Part shown: positions 23,657 to 36,702 of the stretch, one piece after another | Numbering within the stretch: the first letter of the stretch is position 1 | Layout: each line of letters opens with the position of its first letter | DNA from: Laetmonice hystrix | Taxonomy: Eukaryota | Assembly (NCBI GenBank): GCA_965235115.1 | Contig: OZ249436.1 | Span: 40,178,001 to 40,242,000 of the forward strand | Length of the DNA: 64,000 nucleotides | Direction: 5' to 3' | Notes under the pieces: model-generated | Seen by the model: only the letters and a program-made list of their open reading frames with translations | Database searches by the model: none | Told to the model about the DNA's origin: nothing | Program-made: the position numbers and the translations under genes

Positions 23657-24965
23657 CACCCTACACCTTGCAGGACACCCACCCATACCCCCACCCACAC
23701 TTCACACCCTGCAGGACACCCATCCACACCCCACACCCACACCCCACACCTTGCAGGACACCCATCCCCACCCCACCCCACACCCTGCAGGACACCCATC
23801 CACACCCCACACCTTGCAGGACACCTATCCCCACCCCACCCCACACCCTGCAGGACACCCATCCACACCCCACACCCCACACCTTGCAGGACCCACACCC
23901 ACACCCACACCCCACACCCTGCATGACACCCACCCACACCCACACCCCACACCTTGCAGGACCCCCACCCACACGCCACACCCTGCAGGACACCCACCCA
24001 CACCCCACACCCACACGCCACACCCTGCAGGACACCCACTCACACCCCACACCCACACCCCACACCTTGCAGGACCCCCATCCCCACCCCACCCCACACC
24101 CTGCAGGACACCCACCCACACCCCACACCCACACCCCACACCTTGCAGGACCCACACCCACACCCCACACCCTGCAGGACACCCACCCACACCCACACCC
24201 CACACCCTGCAGGACACCCACCCACACCCCACACCCACACCCCACACCTTGCAGGACCGACACCCACACCCCACACCCTGCAGGACACCCACCCACACCC
24301 ACACCCTGCAGGACACCCACCCACACCCCACACCCACACCCCACACCCTGCAGGACACCCACCCACACCCCACACCTTGCAGGACCCACACCCACACCCA
24401 CACCCACACCCCACACCCTGCAGGACACCCACCCACACCCCACACCCTGCAGGACACCCACCCACACCCCACACCCCACACCTTGCAGCACAACCCCACT
24501 AACCCCTACCCCCAGTCATGTAGTCCCACCCACACCCCACTAACCCCCACCCCCAGTCATGTAGTCCCACCCACACCCCACTAACCCCTACCCCCAGTCA
24601 TGTAGCCCCACCCACACCCCACTAACCCCCACCCCCAGTCATGTAGCCCCACCCACACCCCATTAACCCCTACCCCCAGTCATGTAGTCCCACCCACATC
24701 CCACTAACCCCTACCCCACTCATGTAGTCCCACCCACACCCCACTAACCCCCACCCCCAGTCATGTAGCCCCACCCACACCCCACTAACCCCCACCCCCA
24801 GTCATGTAGTCCCAACCACACCCCACTAACCCCCACCCCCAGTCATGTAGCCCCACCCCCACCCCACTAACCCCCACCCCCTGTCATGCAACCCCACCCA
24901 CACCCCACTAACCCACACCCCCAGTCATGTAGTCCCACCCACACCCCGCCCCCAGTCATGTAGTC
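23657..24965. repeat. C/A-rich minisatellites: irregular (cccaca)n+ctgcagga array, then a 41-bp array (~11 copies)
   Basis: Direct periodicity; the 41-bp unit ccccactaacccccacccccagtcatgtagtcccacccaca is mirrored at 22984-23178. Confidence 0.95.
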
Positions 24966-27900
24966 TGTAATTTGAGCTTGTTTCCTGCTGAAATGTCCCT
25001 GATACTACAGGAAGGAAGGACTTCGGACCGACTATTTGTGCCATTTGTGGCCTTGACCTTGACATTTGACCTTGACTTTAATGTCGAATCACAAGACGTA
25101 TGCCACAATTGGATTGCCTGCCTCTATATTGTAAGGAAACACTCCATTAAATGTGATTTTAGGCCAACTGTCCTGGAAACCCCAGTTTTTTTTTGCCATT
25201 TTTGGCCTTGACCTTGATATTTGACCTTGACCTTGACCTTGAATCACAAAACAAATGTCACAAATGGATTTCCCGTGTTGATATTGTATGGAAAAGTGCT
25301 ATATTACATATGATTCTAGGCCAAATGGTCTTTAAGTTACCTGAGCTTATGACGATTTGTTATTAATTATGCTAATTTATGCAAATTAGCTTATAAAAAA
25401 ATTCCTCAACAGCCAACTTCGGCCAACAAAGCTGAAAATCTTCACAGAGCCTATGTGGACACAAATCAATCATAATCTCTTGCGGGTCTAAAAATTTCCG
25501 GGTTACCTGGGTTGGCTACCCGACTAAGACTGAGTAAGAGTAAACATGCCAGCCATCATGTATTGTAACGTTTAAATATTAACAGCGACTTCACTGCAGA
25601 ATGAAAATATTTTAAAGTTGACTGTCACTGTTCCCTATGGCCATCGCAATGTTAAACCAGCGAGGCTATCTGCTCCTTGTCCCGACAACGCGAAATCTCT
25701 TGAATTCTCGTGACATACTTAGGCGCCCTATGACAGTGAAACTGTAACCAGTTTATAGTTCGAACAGAGCGCATGCGCACGGAAGCCTCGTTTCGAAGTT
25801 GCGAGTAAACAAACCGTCTCCCTATCTATTTCTATGTTAAATACACGATTTTTGTGTCGGGATTACGTCTCTTCTCCAAACAATATATGTACAGCTAATG
25901 TTCGAATGTGTAAAACTTGTATTAGACTTGACCAAAAAAACAGTTTAAACCTCGACATTGGCGTAATAGTAAAGTTAAACGGTTCACTGGCGACACTGAC
26001 ACGGCGGCCTCCCCAGGCCTGACGGCCGGCGTAGCACTCAGGGGAGACGGGCTCTACACCGTTGGTTCTCAACTCATACGGGATAGATATTGGGGGGCAG
26101 TCGGATGTTGATTGACACTTTATGCGCTGGATTGGAGGGGGAAGGGTCAGTGAAACCGGGTTTGGCCCCCAAATGCCCGCGTGCTGACGCACTGACAGTC
26201 TGCAAACACTGCCGAAGCGTGCACTTGTCCGACGGGCAGCTCACGCCCAGTTCGACAGCCTGTGGTCGAAATTATCCAGGCCTAACACATTGTTTGAAGC
26301 ACTGTGCATGTCGGCCTACCCTCCATGTGTCTAATATCACATTCACAGCCAGAAAAATTTGTCACAACTTCGCGGTGGTGGAATAGTGCCTTAATTCTTT
26401 CCGCGGTAAAACACCGTTGACAGCAATGCTAATGGCGCGCCGCTGGCTTTGTTTACTCGCAACTTCAAAACGAGGTTCAGATTCTGACGAACTATAAACT
26501 GGTGTATTCTGTGGTTGAACCATAGATGTGTAGGAGATGGATCGCCGACTCTGACGTCACATGCTAGAACTCCCATTTTCGCAGCGCCCCCACCGGTTGG
26601 CATAGAAGACAGATATTAACATTGCTGCAGATATGTGGCCGGTTGCAAGAACATTTTGTGACGTTAACCCCAAGAATGGCTTAACTTACTATCTAGCCTA
26701 GATTTAAGGTTGGGTACGTTTGGTAGTCATGTTTAATGGAATTCTTTTGTGCTTGGCCAGCGAAATACGGGTCAGTCTCCAAAAATGAGAAAAGACTAGA
26801 AAATTCTGACTTTCTGGGAACTGAAAATATGCGTTAATCCACAGATTGGGTTAATCTCGAGACTAAGTATGTCCTTGCAACCGGCCAAGGGTGTCTGTAT
26901 TCAACCCATGACTATGGTTGCTAAATTAAGTATTTTGATTCTGAATAAAGCGTAAGCTGTGAAGCAGAATGTAGCAAAGGCTTGGAAAAAATTTAGGTGC
27001 CCTAGCAAACTCTTAGATATTTTAAAAATCGATTTTATCGGGCGACCCAATCAGCGACGTAAGGGGCCCGTCTCACTAAAGGCTGGTTAATAACCTGGGG
27101 TGAGTTCCTGAACCCCTTGTCGTGCGTTAACTGCTGGCTTGTCGTAAAGTTAGAAATTAACGACAATGTCTACGATACCCGTTCCTCATCCCTTGTCGTG
27201 CGTTTGCTTGTCGTGCACTTGCATATCGTTGTTGCTAACGTACAACGTCGCGGCACCGTGAGCGTAAACCGGATGGAGCTGTTGTTTACGTTTACTGCTT
27301 ATACGCAAACGCGGAATCTTTTGACAAGTATATAATAAATACTCCTAATAGGGCGTTTAAGTATGTCACGAGAATTCAAGAGATTTCGCGTTAGCGGGAC
27401 AAGGCGCAGATAGCCTCGCTGGTTTAACATTGCGATGGCCATAGGGAACAGTGACAGTCAACTTTAAAATATTTTCATTCTGCAGTGAAGTCGCTGTTAA
27501 TATTTAAATATCAGTCAAGGAGTTTCCATGGTAACATGGTCCAACCGTGACCATGACATCTGCCATTTCACTTCTGGTAATGGTAATACTCCTTAAAGCG
27601 CTTGTGCAAAGTCTCCACTGTATAGGCTGGTTTATTTACCTTTTCCAACGTAAACCATCATCATAATATTAATAATATCCTTTAGTAATTGATGTAATCA
27701 GCAGCACGTAATTCTCATAATTAATGAAAAAAACGAATATTATAGCTGCAACACCTTGCGATTGCTACCGGAAGTAGCCTCTGAATGACCCGTGACGTCA
27801 TAGTCAGAACACTTCCTAGGCTAGGGGGACGTAGGCGTAGCAATGGTGGAAGGCACGGGAAGCAAGAACTTGAAGAAGTCCGATTCAGACACAGAATGGC

Positions 27901-28714
27901 TTTTTCCAGAAAAAGATAAGGGGGATGTCGTGGAAGATTCTGTTGTAGGCCCATAGGCCTATATAATTATATGCATGAGCCGCTAGCATCAGACAGTGAG
28001 GCAGTGACAGTGAGTGACGACGAGGGAGGCTGGGCAGGGCCATATCATATTATAATCTATATGGATGTGGCTAGTATAAATAATGTGGCCAGCCAGAGAA
28101 GATTGGTGCGGGGGAGGGGGTTACAGTGGACGGATCCAAGTATTAGTTAGGACCTAAAAACCGTAAAAAAAGAGAGAATTTTTTGGCACCTGGGGGGGGG
28201 GGGTCGCCCTCCCCCGGGCACGGCCCTGTGCAGTGCTGGGCTTGGGCCTTGGCGAACACACCGAACTAGCCTACCGAGTCCGAGCGATGGTCCCGGTAGG
28301 CATGTCAACATCTACCGCTAGTACGCGCTACAGTGACAGCCGCGCTAGGCCCAAGCTTCAGTGAGGAGGGGGAGAAAGAGAGGGGTTCTAGTTTTGAGGG
28401 ATTCTAGGAAAGAAGAATGTTATTTTCCGAAGGCTAGTGCAGAGGGCCCGAACGGTATTATGTTTGATATGAGTCAGAGTAGACTCTAGGACTAGGCCTA
28501 CTCTAGTCTAGGCCTACTAGGCTATAATAAATTGTAGCGAAGTTGGAGGCGCAAGCCCGGCAACGTGACGAGGGCGAGGACGAGCATGACTCTTGAGGAC
28601 AAGCACTGAAGCAGAGAGATTTGTCTGGTAATTTTGATCATGCCCTATAATAAATAATGATAGGCCTGGCTGAGTGTGGGGCTACACTTTTCTTTTATCT
28701 ATGCTGTCACCGTG

Positions 28715-31305
28715 CAGGCCCGTAGGCTGGGGGGGTTACTTGGGTTCAGGGATGAAAGTTTTCAGGAAATTTCCTGAAATCAGGAAATTTGAAAAAATCC
28801 CCCCCCCCCCAAGAAATAACACCCAAAAAAGGAAATAGGCCTAGATCTATAGGCAAAAGAGGTAGGCCTAAGCCAAGGCTAAGTATTGCCCTGGACTGTG
28901 TGGTGGGCAATTAATATCAAATGAAACAATATCCCCTTCCAGGACGTTTTTTAACACCATGCAGCTCAATATATCTCTACCTGCCAAAGTTCGTTTATAG
29001 ATGGGGATATTAGAGTGTCTCAAACCCGTCCAGTGTCACGGGTGCCACCGTGCATAGGCCGGTCTGCCGGGGGTGCTGGTCCCTGTAGCTGTGGTGACAT
29101 CGCTCACATAGACCGGCCCGCGTGGGCTGACTTCTACCGGCACGCGGTGGCGTCTGTCCCGTCTGGCAGGCACGGCCCCGTGTCGCTGTGGTGAGAGCGA
29201 CTCACCTCAGGTAATGACTTCAGGCAAAATTGATGGTCAGGCAGCTGCGAAGCCCGTTGATTCAGGCTTGCCATTATGCCATATCCATGCGCGAGTTTTG
29301 CCTGAGCGCTCACTTAGTGATAGCAACGAGACTATAGATATAGACAGACCGGTCTGTCTAGTCCCGGTGATAGTGATTAGGCTGACGAACTACGCACCAT
29401 CACAATGTCACTCCTCACAGGAAACTGGGTCAATTTAGTTCTATGAATCTGCCTAGTAGGCCTATATATGTCAGTAAGTTCTCATAATGTGTTCTTGCAT
29501 ATAAATTTGAGGATAGTGGCATTACGTAAGTGGTTTTCACTGAAGTTTTGGGGTTGTCAGGACTTTCCATTACATTTCATTTGTCGATCAGTGCAGGTGT
29601 CCTGATAAGACCGGAAGTGACAATTTTCACAACAACATGAGTGGCACATGGACACACGGGCTGAACCACTCGACTCAGCGAAGCCTGTGTTGCTTGGCTG
29701 AGAGCCGCTGAGGGTCGTGACTGCTGAGGGTCAAGACTGATGGACAGCCTGTGTGGTCAGTCTAACACATGGAAGCTGTTTGACAACGTAATCGGTTGCA
29801 TTTTGGACGCTAAAAGCCGACTGGATTCCAATGTTGGAGAGAGACGGCAGAGCCAGGCAGAGGTTGACACTGACTGTGACTGTGTGACAGGCAAGCAACA
29901 GCCTTGAACAGGGGCATGGACTGATGAGTGATGGAGCCTATCCAGCAAATTTGCAGGGGTGGGGGGTTGAGGGGGGGGGGTGGGGGTGGCGACTAAATAC
30001 TGAGGGCTAGGCCCTATAATATATAATAGCTAGGTCAGGAGGCCTTATCGGATCATGATTGTCTGCTGTTCCTAGCCTGACTTTTTTTAAGGGGGGGGGG
30101 GGGGGGTAAGCCTTGGATGTGCGCATGAACAAATATTAATTATGGACATTGGCCCCCGCCGCTCCCCCCCCCCCCCCCCGTCAGAATTTCAGGAAATTTT
30201 ACAGCTGGCCACTTTCATCCCTGTGGGTTACTGGTAACCTACCCGCAGAGCCAGCCAAGGTCCGCCTAGTCAAGATAAAAAGGTCTGCCCAGGGGCGTGG
30301 GACCGATTTTTCATTTGGGGGAGGGGGCACAAATATGCCCTGCCAATTGAAAATACCCCAGATGTATGGTTGTTAGGGCTCCAATTTTTCATTTTTTTCT
30401 GGGGGAACATGTCCCGGACCCCAGATGCAGACCCCCTAGCACGCCCATATTCAACATCACCTGACCAGGGGCAGAACTGCACTGCCACTGGTATCTCAGA
30501 AGGGGCGGGTACCACCCGGGGGGGGGGGGGGGTACTTCCCAATCTAAAAATCTAAAGAGATTCCTTGAAGGCCTATACTGTGCCTCAGTAATTGCTCTCA
30601 GATTTCTGAAACATGGCCAAAATGCCCCATTTCACTCCTAGTTTAAAAAAATTCCTGCCGGGGGGGAGCATGCCCCCGGACCACCCTACACACAGTTCGT
30701 GCCTACAGTGGCTTTGCTGCTGCATTTCACATTCTTAAACGTTGGAACCACTGGTAGGCCTATTGGAAACCAGTTTCAATATCAGTGCATGGTCAAGAAA
30801 CAGCTCTGGATCCACCCCATGCAAATTTATGGAACTCATTTCACTATAAGCAGTGCACCCCTTTTCTCTCCCCCTCAAGTGCCCTTTTTTATTTTTACGA
30901 AAGATATTTAAAATCTAAATGTCCAATTGTCTTGGCCTATTATAGCCCTAAAGACTATATCGCGTATTTGGCACAGTAATTTATATTTTTTCTGGGGGAG
31001 GGCCCCCAGCCCCCCTTCATGGCTTCGGCGCTCGCACCCATGGGGGGGCATCCCCTTTACCAAATTCCTGGATTCGCCCCTGACTGCCCCCACACTCTAA
31101 CTACGGCCCTGTTGATATGTGCATAGGTCTATAGGCCTATGCCACTTTTATTTGACTGTTTAGGCTATACTCACTGGGGGGGGGAGGGGGAGAAAGTGCC
31201 CTTTTTCCATAGCACCCCCCCCCCCCCCCCCCCCCCCCGTTTTGAAAATCCTGGATCCGCCCCTGATAAGTAACCCACCCATTTTCAGACCAGCCTACGG
31301 GCCTG
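28715..31305. mobile_element. CAGGCCCGTAGG-terminal element (hAT-like) with nested insertions
   Basis: 16-bp TIR caggcccgtaggctgg/ccagcctacgggcctg; flanks accgtg/gccgtg. Confidence 0.65.
28747..30223. mobile_element. CAGGGATGAAAGT-terminal element with 6-bp TSD
   Basis: 13-bp TIR; tcaggaaattt subterminal repeats at both ends; tgggtt on both flanks. Confidence 0.8.
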
Positions 31306-31839
31306 GCCGTGTGCAGACAAAACCTCATCCCTGGCTGCTACGCCTGCTGAAAGGTAGAGCTGCCATGCAGCTGGTCCGACGACTGGCCGAGGCTTGACCG
31401 TATAAATTAATTAGCAGTACGCTTCGGGTCTGACGATCGCTACGAAGCTACGTACAGGAATGCCAGCTATTGCAGAAACGTGTTTTCTGAGCAAAAATGT
31501 ATACTTTTGAAAATACTGAACATCGTAAGGGAGGATTGGTAAGATTTTATATCATAGCCACGGTTGCTTGCCTGCTTTTAAAATAAAGGTTGCTCTGCAG
31601 GTTGATTTGGGGGGGGGGGATTATCCATCCGAGTTATGCAGGAGATTTACCACCACCACCCCCCCCCCCGTCCTCTATATGAAACCCTGCCCCCCCCCCC
31701 CCTTTAAAGGAGTCTTAAAAATATTAAGAACCTTTTTTTCCTTTTTATTTGTTTAAAATATTTTTTTATTTTTCATTTATACATGTACACAAGTACAAAT
31801 AACAACCCCAACCCCCCAGTACACGTACCAGGATCAGTC

Positions 31840-31965
31840 CCCGCATCCTCAAAACTGAAGCGAAGTTAGATGAGTTGGGGAAAGGAAGTGTAGCCCTACC
31901 ATCATGTATTACACTCCATCCTGGATTTAGGCCAGTTTGCCTTGATGTCTGGGTTCTACAACTAC
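31840..31965 (+). pseudogene. Fragment resembling the P2X7 C-terminal 'ballast'-like / Kolobok accessory (KolX-type) protein
   Basis: Reads PRILKTEAKLDELGKGSVALPSCITLHPGFRPVCLDVWVLQ; CITxHPGFxxVCLxxWVL recognised from memory. Confidence 0.55.
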
Positions 31966-32959
31966 AATTGATGGAGTTTTAGCACATTTATAACTAACTC
32001 TATGCCACGTCCATGCTGATTAATTATACTTTATAGGCCACGTGCCCGTATCATCAGAACACCGCTCAATTTCTAATTCTTACAACGTGATGTTCGGTTT
32101 TAGACAACTTTCTTGACATTTTTTTGGCCTAAAAACCTGGTTATGTGGGCCTAGGACAGGCATTATTTATGGCACAATAGTTTTGATAGCACCATACACG
32201 GTATATTTCATAGAACATTTTACAACAGGCCATTTACAAGAATTACAAAAATCAATTTTATTATACTGGTTGTTCCTTTTGAGTTGAGTTTATGTTTTGC
32301 AGTGTTTGATAGGATATACTAGTATTATAATATAGCTCTTTTTAACTGTCATCAGTGCAATAGTTTCTATAGTACACTGTCCCGTCTATACAAGATAACC
32401 AAATTGTTAGACATACCTTTTTCCAAGAATATTTGGTTTCAATGTACCGTATTTGAAGGTTAACAACTTACGGATTTCTTTTACACTATTTAAACCTGGA
32501 ATGTGAAAGAAAAGAGACCATAGCGACAATGTATAGGCTACACTTTGCTTCTTCGTTTTTTATTATGCCTTCCTTTGTAGTCCTAAATTATTATGATTAA
32601 TATGAACTTTTATGTACAACCTTTTCCATATTTCGTCTTTTTTGCAGAAAGTATCATTATACGGCTTACAGACTGTTTGTCAGGTGGTACGTGTTGGGGC
32701 CACCCATCATGTTTCACTTATTACTAGCTTAATATTAGGAAGCATTTCCAACAGACACTGTCGGTGTCACACACACAGGATTTCAGTAGTACCCTCGTCC
32801 AAACAGGAACAATAGCACATCTTGAACTGAAACAACACCTGGCTTCCCAACACCTGACTGGAACATCACTTCCGATTTCCAAAATTCGATTAGACTACGC
32901 CAAATTCACATAAATCACTTGTCAACCCCTTAATTTATTTACACTGAATGTGAGAAGTA

Positions 32960-33100
32960 AAGTCCTTGGGCTTGGCAAAACGTGATCTCTTCTCCCTGAA
33001 TGACTGTCCATTTGTCAGGTTGCAGCAGCCAGTGTACAACCACGTTTTTGAGGCTTGTCAATAAGGGGCAGGACTGTTTGAAGACAATCTTCAACATAAC
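32960..33100 (-). pseudogene. Possible last exon of a Kolobok-type transposase, decayed
   Basis: atttccag acceptor, then GYVEDCLQTVL...PDKWTVIQ..RSRF across frameshifts, resembling the Kolobok C-terminal P.K...I..H.SRF motif. Confidence 0.4.
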
Positions 33101-34364
33101 CTGGAAATAAAATGTACCAGAATTTGCATTGCCAGCACAGTGGTTAAACAGAGGATCTGGTTGGGGGTACAGGAGAGGCAAAGCTCAAACTTGACAAACC
33201 CCCAAGCTTAGGTAATTTAGGCTATTTTAGAGCCTTAGGCCTATCTCTCTCTTTTTTTTTAAATTTACCCTGCCTCCAGCTGGGGTTCATCGGCAACGCT
33301 GGTTTTCTTTGATCCCCAGCTCAATGTTACATTGTCTTGCAGTATAATATTATTATTAATAAACAGAAAACAAATAGATCTATTTACAAGATCTTGCAGA
33401 TGGTTTGCTAAATTGGACAGTAAAGAATCGATATTCCCCCAGGCTTGGGCTAGGCTCTGGCGAGCGGCAATGTGCTGGGCACTGCCTGGATGCGGTCCGC
33501 CGCCCACAACCTGTTGCGGTGAGCCTGTCCGCTCAGCGCTTGCCGGGGAGCTGATAGAATCAGCAGTCGATCTAGAGTAGAGTCTAGAATAAGATCTAGG
33601 GCCTAGACATAAAAAAAACAGGATCCTAAGTAATGTATATTTTTGATCTAGGCTAATCAGTCTAGTAAAACTGACCTTGGCTTGACTGTACTGTAGACTA
33701 ATATCAGTGATGTGCACTGGCGGTCGTCCGGTCGTAAATTACGACCTAAAATGATTCCGGACGACCTAATTGTCCATTTTAGTCGTCCGGAATACGACCT
33801 AATCATCGCATAGCACACAGACCCTGAGCCAAACCCAACACTGCCGACACCGCACTTGTCTTGAGCAACTCCCAGCCATCTACAGACCTGCCAACCTACA
33901 GAGAGAAGAAACCGGGAGATTGGTGTCCAAAAACCTGGAAATTGGCAGGAAAACCGGGGGATTTTGGGGGGAAAACCTGGAGATTTTTGGGGAAAACCTG
34001 GAGACTACATTATGAAGCTGATATAGACCTATGAGTGGGGGAGAAACGTTAGTATGGAGCCACTACATTCTACACATGAAGTACACAACTTACATAGGCC
34101 TACCATCAGTTCAATAAATTTAAAATAAAAAATTGTCCTAAGACATCTGCTCCTTTATGTTGTTTCTTTTCTCTTTATGTAGGCTAGGCCTATCCTTTTT
34201 TAGTGTTCTGCGTTGCATATAGATCTAGTTGCTACATGTAGGCCTACTTAAAAACATACTCAATTGTCCAATCTATCTTTTTTCTTTTGTTTTGTGTACA
34301 TTTGTGTGCATACATGCGTTTTCAATTTACCGTGAGAAAATTGTGACATACCGGGGGGACGGGG

Positions 34365-35023
34365 GAACAAAAAAGTTAAATTTTCAAGGTGGTGTTGGCC
34401 ACCTTGAATTTGAAATGACCTTGACCTTCAATTGTAAAGATAACATCAGAAATGGATTCTACATGCCCAAAAACCCCTAAAAAGACGTACCGTATTATAC
34501 ATCATTTTAAGGCAAGTGGTTCAAAAGTTAAATTTTCAAGGTGGCGTTGGGCGGCCATCTTGAATTTGACCTGACCTTGACCTTCAATTGAAAAAATAAC
34601 ATCAGAAATGGATTCTACATACCCAAAAACCCTAAAATGACGTATTATACATCATTCTAAGGCAAGTGGTTCAAAAGTTAAATTTTCAAGGTAGCGTTGG
34701 GCGGCCATCTTGAATTTGACCTGACCCTGACCTTCAATTGAAAAAATAACATCAGAAATGGATTCTACATACCCAAAAACCCCTAAAATGATGTATTATA
34801 CATCATTCTACGGCAAGTGGTTCAAAAGTTAAATTTTCAAGGTGGCGTTAGGCGGCCATCTTGGATTTATGCAGATTACGAGATTTGCCCAAAGTTGCCC
34901 TTTGGGCAACCAAGCTGAATTTGTTCTAGGACCCCATTAGAGTATAAATCAACAAAAAAAATTCATAGGAAAGAACATTTTCTAGGTTGGTGTATTGAAC
35001 ACATAGGACTGTCAAATGGACTA
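34365..35023. mobile_element. Right end of an Academ-like element with ~150-bp internal tandem repeats
   Basis: Units at ~34368, 34522, 34672, 34823 (aaagttaaattttcaagg...); ends ...aatggacta (TAG terminus on the minus strand). Confidence 0.6.
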
Positions 35024-36208
35024 TTAAGCATGCTAGGCATTTTTGAGAAAAATACGTCAAAAGTGTATTTCTGGAGGGTTTTTGGGTGCTGAATCCAAAT
35101 CTGTTGTTTTCCAGACTGTGGTCGGACCCGTTGAAATTCTGTTGCCTAGCAACCGATTAGTTTTTTATAATTCCTTAGCAACGGGTATGATACTTATGTT
35201 AAACCTGATTAAAAGTGACAGATATAGCATCAGTAGGTCCAGAGGATTAAAATAGGTATGTTAATATTGGGAGAATTCCATTCCGTTGCCTAGCAACAAC
35301 GTTTGAACTTTCATAACTCCTTAGCAACAGACCACAGATCCCTAACAAATGGTGGGGGCGCTCAAAAAATAATAATCTGGCAAACAAACGATGTCATCTA
35401 CAGGCAATGAAGCTTAGCATTGGGTATTTGAGTAACTTTTGCTTTTTGATGTTGCCTAGCAACAGAAAGGTATCCATACCTATATTTGTTAGCATCAAAG
35501 ACACGTCAGGCCATAGGAATTTTTAAGGGAAATGGATGGAAATAACTTTTTCTGAATGACTTTTCTTTGTTGAAACTGAATCTTTTGTTTGCCAACTGAT
35601 ATTATGAAACGTTAAGATTCTGTTGGCAAGCATGCAAATAATGAAAATAACATCACTATTGATTGTAATGTTATGTTATTTTTTGCTTAGCAACAGCCTG
35701 AAAGGTTTATTAACTCCTTAGCAACAGACCAAATATGCGTAAAAAATGCATATTTTTTCAGAACGTACTGAATCTGACAGACATAAGGTGTCACCCACCG
35801 GTCAAAGAGACGTTTTGGAAACTTAGGGGTTCTTATTGGTGCAGTCTGGGGCCCTACCAACGGCTTTAGCCTTCCATATCATGATTTTATACCAACCTTT
35901 ACGTCATGTTTGAAATACCTTTATCAGTACGTAGAACTTTTATTTTTTAATAATAATTATCTATGTTTTTTTCCTAGTTGTTGTCTCTTTGGAATCATTA
36001 AATTTACTAAATGGGGGAAGGGGTATAACCAACCTTAATGATGCCCTCGATGACTGGGGACCTGGCGGGATGATATCGTTGGGCGGTGGGATGGGGTAGG
36101 GTAAATTCCCGCTTGGTTAGAGGTTTGCCCCTCTCCCCCCTTAACTGTGACTATTCTCCAGTCTGGCCTCAGTCAAGGCGTGACCTGAGTTAGTCGTACC
36201 CCCTTAAC

Positions 36209-36702
36209 TAAGGGTTTAAACATGATTTACAGTGTGTGGCCCCAGATCACAGCACGAGGACCGAGACGGAACGTCGAGGTCTGAGTGCTGTGATCTGGGG
36301 GCCACACACTGTAAATCATGTTTAAACCCTGTTCTACCATGACAATACCATATCTTAGACACTATTTTATTTTATAAATATTACCTAAAACATCAGAAAA
36401 AAGGCTTACTAAATCGAGTTAGGTCCCTACACGCTCGGAGCACATTATGAAAGGCGCCACTTGATTGGTCAATATGCTAGCACATTAAAAGTTTAGGCCC
36501 CTCCCACGGGCCCCTCCCGCATGGTCCGCAACGGTCTCTGACTCATTAGCATAATATATTCTCAACCAATCACGTTCTTTCTTACAACCCCTGACCGTGC
36601 TTTTGGTCCTTTTACCGTGCTGTTGGTCTTAGGACCAACAGTCACAGGACGTTGTTAATCCATCGTTCTCTATAGGGAGTGCACGGCTAGGAGTGGTAGA
36701 AC
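36209..36702. mobile_element. Hairpin-headed element without a clear TSD (Crypton/Eulor- or Helentron-like)
   Basis: ~45-bp-stem hairpin at the left end; asymmetric IR gttctacca/tggtagaac; second copy at 51778-53446; interrupts a 63-bp repeat unit. Confidence 0.75.

Larger units (their letters stand above)
22412..25526. mobile_element. Academ-like long-TIR non-autonomous element
   Basis: tagtcgagtag...ctacccgacta termini; 3-bp TSD aga; ~550-bp near-identical inverted arms (22448-23000 vs 24950-25503) with TGACCT motifs. Confidence 0.82.
21749..25729 (-). mobile_element. Inverted second copy of the AT-TSD MITE, split by two insertions
   Basis: 21749-21867, 22312-22411 and ~25537-25729 reassemble into the reverse complement of 21345-21746. 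Confidence 0.8.

Noticed and set aside
23550..24584. Long His/Pro/Thr- or Gly/Val/Cys-rich ORFs in multiple frames
   Set aside because: Stop-free C/A minisatellite inside a transposon; open in nearly all frames on both strands.
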